From Candidatus Thalassarchaeaceae archaeon (GTDB taxonomy: Archaea > Thermoplasmatota > Poseidoniia > Poseidoniales > Thalassarchaeaceae), in the NCBI GenBank assembly GCA_030747675.1, contig JASLKH010000035.1:1-64000 (forward strand): a stretch of DNA of 64,000 bases. The letters run 5' to 3'. The notes below the pieces were generated by a model, which was given only the letters and a program-made list of their open reading frames with translations, was not told the origin of the DNA and made no database searches. The position numbers and the translations under genes are program-made. Shown here piece by piece: positions 36,887 through 45,399 of the stretch; position 1 is the stretch's first letter, and each line of letters opens with the position of its first letter.

Positions 36887-37744
36887 TCAGGCCCCTCCTA
36901 AAAGGACCGCATCGGTCCACCAACCCATGGTACATGCATAGATGTAAAAATCTGCAAACATTACCCAAAATAAGGAGTATAAAGCCCAATCTTTGTGATG
37001 CTCATTCAATTTCGTGCTAAAGTTCCACAATTTGTATTTCAATCTAGCTATGGGTGTTGAAGTCCAATCATTTGAGCCCCCACCTATGATATGACGAAAT
37101 GCATGGCAGCCAAGAGTATACCCTGTCAACATTAGGACATTTAATGCTAAAACAAGAGTACCCACAGAAATAACCCATGTCCCACCATCATGGCGTGCTG
37201 CAAGATAAACATCCCAAGAAAGAAGTGGTAAATAGGCTAAAGCGGCATACATGAAATATCGATGTAAATTTTGGACTACTAATAACCCAGTTTCACCCTT
37301 GTAAGCATTCCATGGTTTGCTAACTGCACATGCAGTAGGGTGTTGGAAAAAAACACGATAGTATGCTTTACGATAGTAATAGCAAGTTCCACGAAATCCG
37401 GCTGGGAAAATCAGAATAAACATTGCAGGAGACATCCACCACATCCATTCAGGTATGGGTCCACCCAAAGTTCCCTCACCTGGAAGAATGAGCGGACTAA
37501 AAAGTGGAGAAAGAATGTGGCTGCCCTCTTCTATCGCCATTGTCCCTGCCGAACCACCTTGATTTCCCGACAAACCAAATTCAGAGAATATCCAAAAATC
37601 GGCTTCCATAAATCCACGCCAAGTAGCATAGATAATCATTATTCCAAGATAAAATACCATTGCAGTAGGGCCCTTCCACCAAGCATCAATGCGATCTGTT
37701 TTCCCAAAACCTTTCTTCATCGGAAGAGGAATATTCTCGGCCAC
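36887..37744 (-). CDS. Succinate dehydrogenase membrane anchor, mycobacterial Sdh1/Rv0249c-like (type F)
   Basis: FRGTCYYYRKAYYR, NLHRY, GCHAFRH in a multi-TM protein directly upstream of sdhA. Start uncertain (GTG 37744 chosen). Confidence 0.8.
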   Translation of the reverse strand: MAENIPLPMKKGFGKTDRIDAWWKGPTAMVFYLGIMIIYATWRGFMEADFWIFSEFGLSGNQGGSAGTMAIEEGSHILSPLFSPLILPGEGTLGGPIPEWMWWMSPAMFILIFPAGFRGTCYYYRKAYYRVFFQHPTACAVSKPWNAYKGETGLLVVQNLHRYFMYAALAYLPLLSWDVYLAARHDGGTWVISVGTLVLALNVLMLTGYTLGCHAFRHIIGGGSNDWTSTPIARLKYKLWNFSTKLNEHHKDWALYSLFWVMFADFYIYACTMGWWTDAVLLGGA

Positions 37745-37838
37745 AAGTACCACTGTTGACCAAGGCCCCTCGCCCACCATCCATATATGTTCGCTGAACC
37801 CCATAGGGGTTCATATCACATCACTTATACGCGCCTCT

Positions 37839-37946
37839 ATGGATTTCATTGATGATGTACTGAGCATCTGCCTCGCTTGTGGCTATATGCCGGGAGCCTT
37901 CATTCCAGGAATGGAATGCCCACAATGTGGAGAGACCATCTTGTAA
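37839..37946 (+). CDS. 35-aa small zinc-finger protein (CxxC...CPxCG)
   Basis: MDFIDDVLSICLACGYMPGAFIPGMECPQCGETIL, taken from the internal ATG of ORF 37689..37946. Confidence 0.6.
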   Translation: MDFIDDVLSICLACGYMPGAFIPGMECPQCGETIL

Positions 37947-37983
37947 CAGAGTATTTGATAACCGGGGCCGTTGCGGTAAGGAC

Positions 37984-39996
37984 ATGGATGATGTACGGAA
38001 GAAGACACTAGCTTTTTGTTTAGTTCTGGCAATTCTAATGCCGGGTTGCTTGAATAATTCAGATGATAATGCAGTTGAAGAAGATAATCAATTGTTAGAT
38101 AATGGCATCGTTGAAACACCTGTTGCAGTACCACAAACCGATGGTTGCGACAACCTAAACCCAACCCATTGTATGCTGCCCTTCCCATCAGATGCATTTC
38201 TAGATGCTGACAACACAACTGAAACTGGAATGAGGGTTAACTATGCAACAAATACTCTTCCAACATCAGGATTTGGCCATATTCCAGATATCCCTTCACT
38301 GAATCTGCTAGACGGGATGAGTCCATCAACTCAAATAATGACCGCTTTTTCTTCAAAAGCAAATCTAACGGGAGTTGCAGACCAACACACAGTCTCTCTA
38401 TCTCTTGAAGATGGACATGCTACAATTCTTCTGAACCTTGACACCAATCAAAGGGTTGCACACTGGGTCGAAAATGATGCAAGGCAAACAGATAATACGA
38501 AAACAATACTATTTATTCGAACCATGGAACCACTAGAACCCAACACGAAATATGGTGTAGGAATCTCAAATTTGAATGTCGAATCATCATTGGCCTTTCA
38601 GGCTGTTCTAGATAATTTATCTACTGATGCTCCAGACATAGAATCTAGAAAAGAGTCGATGACTACATTACTCACTGCTTTAGATTCAAATGGTCATAAT
38701 CGAAGCGGATTGAAAGCAGCATGGGCATTCCATACGGCATCGATTAATTCAATTTTGGGCGGAATGTTGCATATGCGCTCAGATGCATTAACAAGATTAG
38801 GAGATGATGGAATTGCCTGTAATGTAACAACTGTAGAAGATGATTGGCACGATAATGGGAAAGGATTCAGGCTCATCGGTGGAACTTACACAGTTCCTAG
38901 TTATCGAACACCAGCAAACAACGCAGTGTCCATGATTGACCGTGATGAAAATGGGATGCCACAATTTGTAGGATATGAGGAGATACCATTTACAATGGCC
39001 ATACCTCAAACTCTCGCTAACCAAAGTAAATCAGGGCCGCTTGTGGTTTTCGGTCACGGTTTCCTTGGATGGGGGGAGATTTACATCAGAGAACTTGTTG
39101 TTGATTGGGCAGATGAATACGAAGTTGTCTTCGTCGGCACTGATATCACAGGGTGGGCAAATCAGGATGTCGACACCATTGGTTTAGGCCTTTTCAATGC
39201 AAGTTATTTCCAGCATCAGTCTGATCAGTTACAACAAATGCTGGTTAATCAAATGGCATTGGCTAGAACCTTCAAAGGAGTCTGCTCTGACCTACAAGAA
39301 ATGTATCATAATAATACAAACCTAGTTGATAGTTCTGACATCAATTACATGGGTTATTCGTTAGGAGGGGTTTACGGTTCGAGTATCGCTGCATTCTCTC
39401 CCGACATCGACAGAGCAGCTCTTTGGGTGGGAGCCACCGGTTTCTCATCAATGATTGAGCGCTCTACAAATTATGCTAGCTTTGGGGATAGTTTTGCCGT
39501 TGAAAATGCTTACCCTGAGAGGAATGATCGCGCTCTATTAATTGCACTATGCCAGCATATTTGGGATCCTTCCGATGGTGACGTGTGGCTTCGGTTTACG
39601 GATGAAGGGTATGGAAATACTATCGATCCATATCGTATTTTCTCAATAATTTCAGTAAATGATGCCCAAGTACCTGGTCTTTCATCGGACCGTGCTGCCA
39701 GAGTAGCAAATGCATCTGTACTCGATTCTTCTGCAAGATTACCATGGGGAATTCCAACTGCAGCAGGCCCTATTGAAAGTGGTTCTATCATTGTATATTG
39801 GGATGGTAATTATCCAGCAATGCCTGAAGATAATTCCCCGCCACCTACGAGTGATTCAGGATTAGCACATAACAAAATTGCACCAATTATTGGTGTCAAT
39901 GTAATGGTTGAGGCTTTCTTGAATGAAGGAATCGTCCCAGACACGTGTGATGGTGTTTGCACTTTCGATGAAGAAACTGATTCTGCCGATATTTGA
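37984..39996 (+). CDS. Lipoprotein, extracellular lipase-like alpha/beta hydrolase (Pla-1/cef-like N-terminal domain)
   Basis: Lipobox LMPGC, CMLPFPSD N-terminal motif, HGFLG, and nucleophile elbow GYSLG. Start trimmed to 37984. Confidence 0.78.
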   Translation: MDDVRKKTLAFCLVLAILMPGCLNNSDDNAVEEDNQLLDNGIVETPVAVPQTDGCDNLNPTHCMLPFPSDAFLDADNTTETGMRVNYATNTLPTSGFGHIPDIPSLNLLDGMSPSTQIMTAFSSKANLTGVADQHTVSLSLEDGHATILLNLDTNQRVAHWVENDARQTDNTKTILFIRTMEPLEPNTKYGVGISNLNVESSLAFQAVLDNLSTDAPDIESRKESMTTLLTALDSNGHNRSGLKAAWAFHTASINSILGGMLHMRSDALTRLGDDGIACNVTTVEDDWHDNGKGFRLIGGTYTVPSYRTPANNAVSMIDRDENGMPQFVGYEEIPFTMAIPQTLANQSKSGPLVVFGHGFLGWGEIYIRELVVDWADEYEVVFVGTDITGWANQDVDTIGLGLFNASYFQHQSDQLQQMLVNQMALARTFKGVCSDLQEMYHNNTNLVDSSDINYMGYSLGGVYGSSIAAFSPDIDRAALWVGATGFSSMIERSTNYASFGDSFAVENAYPERNDRALLIALCQHIWDPSDGDVWLRFTDEGYGNTIDPYRIFSIISVNDAQVPGLSSDRAARVANASVLDSSARLPWGIPTAAGPIESGSIIVYWDGNYPAMPEDNSPPPTSDSGLAHNKIAPIIGVNVMVEAFLNEGIVPDTCDGVCTFDEETDSADI

Positions 39997-39999
39997 TTA

Positions 40000-41547
40000 T
40001 TACTTGAACTTCGGTTTACGTATTTCATCAAACCATGTCTCCATCCCGTTCCAATCGGGATTGATGCCCATATCTGCACAAATCAATTTACTACTTATTC
40101 GTCCACTTTCCAGAATCGTTGGAAGGCCGCTTCCAGGATGTGTGCCTCCACCAACCAAGTAAAGGCCTTCAAATTCTTCAAAGCGATTTTGAGGACGTTT
40201 CCACAACATTTGATCTAAACCATGAGCCAAATTGAACACTGCGCCTTTGTAGACATCTCGATTCCCCCAATCATCTGGTGTCACAATTGTTTCAGAAACA
40301 ATGTGCTCTTTTACATCTTCAAACCCTAGCTTAGGCAACTGTGAAATGATTAAATCTCTAAACTTAACTTTTATTTCATCCCAATCTACAGATTCGTGCA
40401 TATGTGTTACTGGGACCAATATATACAATGTTGAGCAACCTTTTGGGGCCAGTTCTGGATCCGTAATGCATGCATTTTGGACATAGAAAGATGGGTCGTC
40501 CCATGTAACTCTATGTTTCACAATATCTTCTAAATTATTCTGATATTCTGACGATGCATAAATTTGGTGATGAGGGGTGTCATATTTATTATCAAGACCC
40601 AAATATAACATAAAAGTAGAACAGGAATAAGATTTCTTTTCCAACTTTTTGTTAGACCACTTTTTCCTCATTTTATCTGGTACCAATGCTTTCATTCCCG
40701 ATGCGAAATCAGCATTCATAACAACACAGTCCGACTTATAATTTCCTTTGGGTGTTCTAACCCCCACTACTTTTTTATTTTCAAAAAGAAGTTCTTCAAC
40801 TGCTTCAGATAATCTAATTTCAACCCCCATTTCTAAAGCGATTTCTGCCATCTTTTCAGTAATTTTTCCTAATCCTCCCTTCGGATGAAAAATACCATAC
40901 TCATATTCAAGATATGCCAAAATTGTGAACAAGCTAGGGGCATGGAATGGACTCATTCCCAGATATTTGGTCTGAAATGACATTGCCAATTGCATCCGTT
41001 CATCTTTGAATGATTTGGATAAGTCACTTGCAACTGATCGCCATGGACGTAAAACCCGTGATACTCTAAATGCACGTTTACTAAAAATATCCCAAACACT
41101 TTTCCAAGGAGTATTGAGGCATTTTTTTGACATCTCTAACTTACGACGATTATCTCTGATATATCGGCGGAATCCTTCCGCGTCTTTTTCCCCGCATAAT
41201 TCACGTATCTGTTCAACCATATGTTCAACGTCGGTGGTCGCATCAATACATCCACCTTGCCCAAATATCAATCGATAATTTGGATCAAGTCTAATCAAAT
41301 CCAATTCATTATGGGCATCAAGCCCGATTGCTTGAAATATTTCTTCCACAACTTCAGGGTAATGAAAAAATGTAGGCCCTGTGTCGAATGTATATCCATC
41401 TTTAGTGAAAAGTTTAGTTCGACCTCCCACTTTGTTGGACTTCTCAATAATCTGAACATTTAATCCTGCTTTAGCGAGAAGAAGTGCACTGGCCAAACCT
41501 CCTGGTCCGGCTCCAACAATCAGTACATTTGTCTCTGAATCACTCAT
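40000..41547 (-). CDS. crtI: Phytoene desaturase (CrtI/CrtN family)
   Basis: GAGPGG FAD site, FDTGPT, SCSTFMLYLG, GGGTHPGSGLPTILESG. Confidence 0.9.
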   Translation of the reverse strand: MSDSETNVLIVGAGPGGLASALLLAKAGLNVQIIEKSNKVGGRTKLFTKDGYTFDTGPTFFHYPEVVEEIFQAIGLDAHNELDLIRLDPNYRLIFGQGGCIDATTDVEHMVEQIRELCGEKDAEGFRRYIRDNRRKLEMSKKCLNTPWKSVWDIFSKRAFRVSRVLRPWRSVASDLSKSFKDERMQLAMSFQTKYLGMSPFHAPSLFTILAYLEYEYGIFHPKGGLGKITEKMAEIALEMGVEIRLSEAVEELLFENKKVVGVRTPKGNYKSDCVVMNADFASGMKALVPDKMRKKWSNKKLEKKSYSCSTFMLYLGLDNKYDTPHHQIYASSEYQNNLEDIVKHRVTWDDPSFYVQNACITDPELAPKGCSTLYILVPVTHMHESVDWDEIKVKFRDLIISQLPKLGFEDVKEHIVSETIVTPDDWGNRDVYKGAVFNLAHGLDQMLWKRPQNRFEEFEGLYLVGGGTHPGSGLPTILESGRISSKLICADMGINPDWNGMETWFDEIRKPKFK

Positions 41548-41570
41548 TCAATTCACTCCCACGGTCCGTA

Positions 41571-41599
41571 TGTTCTTCTCGAAGTACAATACATACTTC
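41571..41599. promoter_or_regulatory. Overlapping palindromes in the crtI divergent promoter
   Basis: TGT-N12-ACA (41571-41588) and GAAGTA-N7-TACTTC (41581-41599). Confidence 0.3.
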
Positions 41600-41678
41600 A
41601 ATATGACCAAGTCGCGTCAAGAACAATCAAACCTAAGTGCTGTACATTTGGCGACAAAATGAGGACACAGGTGTTTTG

Positions 41679-43058
41679 ATGCGTCAATTCAAATGGCAAA
41701 CTGAAACAACTTGTCCCAAAGATGTGACATTTGCATGGTTTGAACATCGTGGCTCATTTCGAAGACTTATGCCTCCTTGGGAGGTCGCTGAAGAAATAAA
41801 AGCAGACAATACTCTGGAAGTTGGGTCACAGAGGGTTTTCCGATTTCCAATGGGTCCAATCAAGATGACTTGGGTTGCTGAGCATACCTCTTATGACCCC
41901 CCACACCACTTTACAGACAAAATGGTGAAAGGACCATTTCGTTACTGGTGTCATAATCATACTCTTACTGAAGCCAATGGTGTTACTACTGTGACAGATG
42001 AAGTCACCTATCAAGTTCCATTTCGCAGTTTAGGGCATCTTATTGCAGGTAGAAGTATTCGAAAACGATTAGCACGCATGTTTCATGCTAGAGAATTACG
42101 GTTACGAAGAGATCTCAAAAGACATATGGAATTTTCAGATTTTTCTAGGAAACGCATCCTCATTGCAGGGTCTTCGGGCCTAATTGGAACTCAACTTTCT
42201 GCTTTTTTGGACACTGGAGGACATGATGTTTGGAAATTGGTGAGGAGAGACCCACTTTTTGAAAATAAGGAAATATTCTGGAACCCGAATCAGGGCGAAA
42301 TTAATTCATCAGATATCGAAGGATTTGATGTGATTATCCATTTAGGTGGGGAAGGTATTGGTGACAAAAGGTGGAGTCAAAAAAGAAAACAGGCTATCTT
42401 GGATAGTAGAGTCAATAGTACCATCCTTTTGGCAAAAACAATGTCTAGAATAGACAAAAAACCTGATTTATTCATTATCGCTAACGCCATAGGTTGGTAT
42501 GGGGATAGAAAAGATGAGATATTGGATGAAAGTAGTGAAAACGGTGAGGGTTTTTTACCTGAAATTTGTAAAAAATGGGAAGAAAGTTCGAAACATGTTG
42601 AAGGTACAGGGATTCGAAAAATTCATCTCCGCACAGGAATTGTTCTTGATGCCACGGGTGGGGCTTTAGCGAAAATGCTACTACCAGCCAAACTAGGAAT
42701 TGGAGGTCCAATTGGAAGGGGGAAACAATGGATGTCTTGGATTTCAATGGATGATCAAATATATGCAATAAACCATCTTTTGATGATGTCGAATACTGAA
42801 GGTGTGTACAACCTTGTTTCACCAAATCCTATCCAGCAGAAATTTTTCGCTAGAACTCTTGGCAATGTATTACGGCGACCTGCATTCATCCCAACCCCAC
42901 CACTTGCTATTCGGGTACTGTATGGACAAATGGGGGTATCTCTGACGACAGAAAGTCAAAGGGTATTACCAAAACGCTTGATTGAAAGCGGATATAACTT
43001 TGAACATGATGACCTTAAAATTGCACTTCAAGACAGTTTAGGGAAATGGAAACTGTAA
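41679..43058 (+). CDS. SRPBCC (START-like) domain fused to a TIGR01777/YfcH NAD-dependent epimerase-like SDR
   Basis: N-terminal FTDKMVKGPFRYWCHNH; C-terminal GSSGLIG, LRTGIVL, GRGKQWMSWI. Start probably MRQFK. Confidence 0.88.
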   Translation: MRQFKWQTETTCPKDVTFAWFEHRGSFRRLMPPWEVAEEIKADNTLEVGSQRVFRFPMGPIKMTWVAEHTSYDPPHHFTDKMVKGPFRYWCHNHTLTEANGVTTVTDEVTYQVPFRSLGHLIAGRSIRKRLARMFHARELRLRRDLKRHMEFSDFSRKRILIAGSSGLIGTQLSAFLDTGGHDVWKLVRRDPLFENKEIFWNPNQGEINSSDIEGFDVIIHLGGEGIGDKRWSQKRKQAILDSRVNSTILLAKTMSRIDKKPDLFIIANAIGWYGDRKDEILDESSENGEGFLPEICKKWEESSKHVEGTGIRKIHLRTGIVLDATGGALAKMLLPAKLGIGGPIGRGKQWMSWISMDDQIYAINHLLMMSNTEGVYNLVSPNPIQQKFFARTLGNVLRRPAFIPTPPLAIRVLYGQMGVSLTTESQRVLPKRLIESGYNFEHDDLKIALQDSLGKWKL

Positions 43059-43060
43059 AT

Positions 43061-43618
43061 TTACCATGGGTACTTAGCTACCCAAATAATACCATCATTT
43101 CCAATAACTTGTATTGATAGCATTGCAGCACCCATGACTGGCCAGATAGCATCTTTTTCCAAACCTTGTTGATGGGCATTCCATGCAAGTAAACCAAGTA
43201 ATATATTTCCTAGACAGACTAACCATAGGGTACCAATCACTACCCATTTTGACCAATCAGCATCCGTACGTATGTGCAATGATGTTGACTCAAGCCATAG
43301 CATTGAAGGAATAAGCACGAGTGAAAATGCAATCAAAAGACGACCGTGGCCTCCTGAATCTCTATTTGACCCCCATGGCCATTGGATTTGATCTACTGTT
43401 GCTGTATCCCAGCGATAAAGAAAGAACCACCACATCACAAGGAAACCTGCCGCAGATACAAACATGCAAGTGACATTCAACGGTCTCCAAGATTCTGGAA
43501 TACCACCCCACAATTGATTCGGATCATTCATTCGATATATTCCAACAACATACGAAACTAGGACTAATGGACCTAATATGTACACTGCAAGTCGAACTGT
43601 TTCTCGAGATATTTCCAA
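43061..43618 (-). CDS. Hypothetical membrane protein (about 5 TM, Trp-rich)
   Basis: Hydrophobic 185-aa ORF, 9 nt downstream of ALDH on the same strand. Confidence 0.7.
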   Translation of the reverse strand: MEISRETVRLAVYILGPLVLVSYVVGIYRMNDPNQLWGGIPESWRPLNVTCMFVSAAGFLVMWWFFLYRWDTATVDQIQWPWGSNRDSGGHGRLLIAFSLVLIPSMLWLESTSLHIRTDADWSKWVVIGTLWLVCLGNILLGLLAWNAHQQGLEKDAIWPVMGAAMLSIQVIGNDGIIWVAKYPW

Positions 43619-43627
43619 AATATCGCC

Positions 43628-45271
43628 TCAGGCTAACGTGGTATAATCTACTTCAGCCTCTTCGATTTCAATTTCATCTACATCCATTTGAGCTAATTGT
43701 AATTTACCAGATAATTCATCATTAACTGCATGCCAATACGAATATGCTTCAATCACCCAAATTCCTGATTCTCGGGTGCCATTTCCTGAGCCTTTAACTC
43801 CTCCAAAGGGTAGATGTGCTTCTGCACCAGTAGTTGAGTTGTTTATTCCAGTCATTCCAGCCTTAATGCCACTCTTGAATTGGTATGCTTCTAATCGATC
43901 ATTTGTATAACAAGCACTTGAGAGACCGTAGGGGCTAGCATTTGCTAAATGTAGCCCATGTTCAAATGATTCAGTACGCACAATTGTCACCACTGGACCA
44001 AAGATTTCCTCGTGGAAGCATTCCATGTCTTCAGTGACATCAACATATACATGAGGCCACATGTAAACTCCTTCAGATGCATCTCCCAAGAATCCCGACG
44101 GTTTGTTTTCATTGGTGATTCTACCATTTCCGAATATTTTACGGGCACCGCTTGATTCACACATTTCTAAACCATTCAAGAAATCGGACGCATATTTCTC
44201 CGATAACATTGGTCCGTAAAGAACGTCGTCATTACGCATAGAATCACCAATTGAGGTGGATTCTACCTTAGCCATGAACTTCGTCATAAATTCATCATAA
44301 ACATCATTGTGAATAATCAAATTTCCTAAACTAGTACAACGTTGACCTGCTGTTCCAAATGCAGCCCAATATGCACCTTCAACTGCATTCTCAATATTTG
44401 CGGAAGGCATGACTACAAGTGGGTTTTTACCTCCAAGTTCAAGAGAACATGAAACCAAGTTTCTGCCACATGTTTCACCAATCATTTTGCCCACAGCAGT
44501 TGATCCTGTGAATGAAATTTTGTTTACCATCCCCTTGTCTACTGCATTCACCAAGTGTTGTCCAGCCCCACTTCCTTTACCATGGATTAAGTTGACTACT
44601 CCATCTGGTAAACCAGATTCATGCATAATTCGAGCTAAAATAAATGATAACAGAGGTGCATCTTGTGGTGATTTCCAAACACACGTGTTTCCACACATAA
44701 TTGCTGGAATCATTTTCCAAAAAGGTACTGCTGCTGGGAAATTGCATGCATTAATAATGCCACAAACACCCAGTGGTCTTCGATAAGTGAATAATTCTTT
44801 ATTTGGTAATTCAGAATTGACAGTTTGCCCATAAAGACGACGGCCTTCCGACTGGAAAAACAAACATGTGTCAATCGCTTCTTGAACTGAACCTGCGCTT
44901 TCTTTCAGAGTTTTACCAATTTCACGAGTTTCGATTGCAACAATAGCATCTTTGTGCTCCATTAGTAGCCGCCCCATATTTCCAATAATCTGACCTCGAG
45001 TTGGAGCTGGGGTATTCGACCAATTGCTGAATGCATCACGTGCGGCCCTAAGTGCATCGTGTACGTCATCCTCAGTAGAAAGAGGGAATTCGCCAACACA
45101 GTCTTGTAACCAAGCAGGATTAATTGATTTGAAGGTTGAACCATCACTGGCTTGCTTCAATTGTCCATTAATGATATTCCATCCCCGAACGGACGGACTA
45201 CCATTCGGATTTACGATGTTGAGATGCTCAATGCCTGCTTCAAGGACGTGTGTCATGGTACTTCGACTCAC
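43628..45271 (-). CDS. NAD(P)-dependent aldehyde dehydrogenase
   Basis: FTGSTAVG, LELGGKN (catalytic Glu), GQRCTS (catalytic Cys), EEIFGP, HLPFGG. Confidence 0.95.
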   Translation of the reverse strand: MSRSTMTHVLEAGIEHLNIVNPNGSPSVRGWNIINGQLKQASDGSTFKSINPAWLQDCVGEFPLSTEDDVHDALRAARDAFSNWSNTPAPTRGQIIGNMGRLLMEHKDAIVAIETREIGKTLKESAGSVQEAIDTCLFFQSEGRRLYGQTVNSELPNKELFTYRRPLGVCGIINACNFPAAVPFWKMIPAIMCGNTCVWKSPQDAPLLSFILARIMHESGLPDGVVNLIHGKGSGAGQHLVNAVDKGMVNKISFTGSTAVGKMIGETCGRNLVSCSLELGGKNPLVVMPSANIENAVEGAYWAAFGTAGQRCTSLGNLIIHNDVYDEFMTKFMAKVESTSIGDSMRNDDVLYGPMLSEKYASDFLNGLEMCESSGARKIFGNGRITNENKPSGFLGDASEGVYMWPHVYVDVTEDMECFHEEIFGPVVTIVRTESFEHGLHLANASPYGLSSACYTNDRLEAYQFKSGIKAGMTGINNSTTGAEAHLPFGGVKGSGNGTRESGIWVIEAYSYWHAVNDELSGKLQLAQMDVDEIEIEEAEVDYTTLA

Positions 45272-45273
45272 TT

Positions 45274-45354
45274 CCCCACCATCAAACCTCGCTTTTCGGC
45301 GCCAGAAAAGTACCTCTGGGATTGGACTCCAACAGAGAATTCCAACTGGTGGGG
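45274..45354 (-). promoter_or_regulatory. Candidate structured 5' leader of ALDH with anti-SD/SD pairing
   Basis: CCCCACCA/TGGTGGGG 8-bp helix enclosing two hairpins; its 3' arm is the SD-like GGTGGGG, 2 nt before the GTG start. Confidence 0.4.
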
Positions 45355-45399
45355 TTTTAGATGGTCAAGTGAATCGGCGTTTTGTCTGGAGACTTGAAT

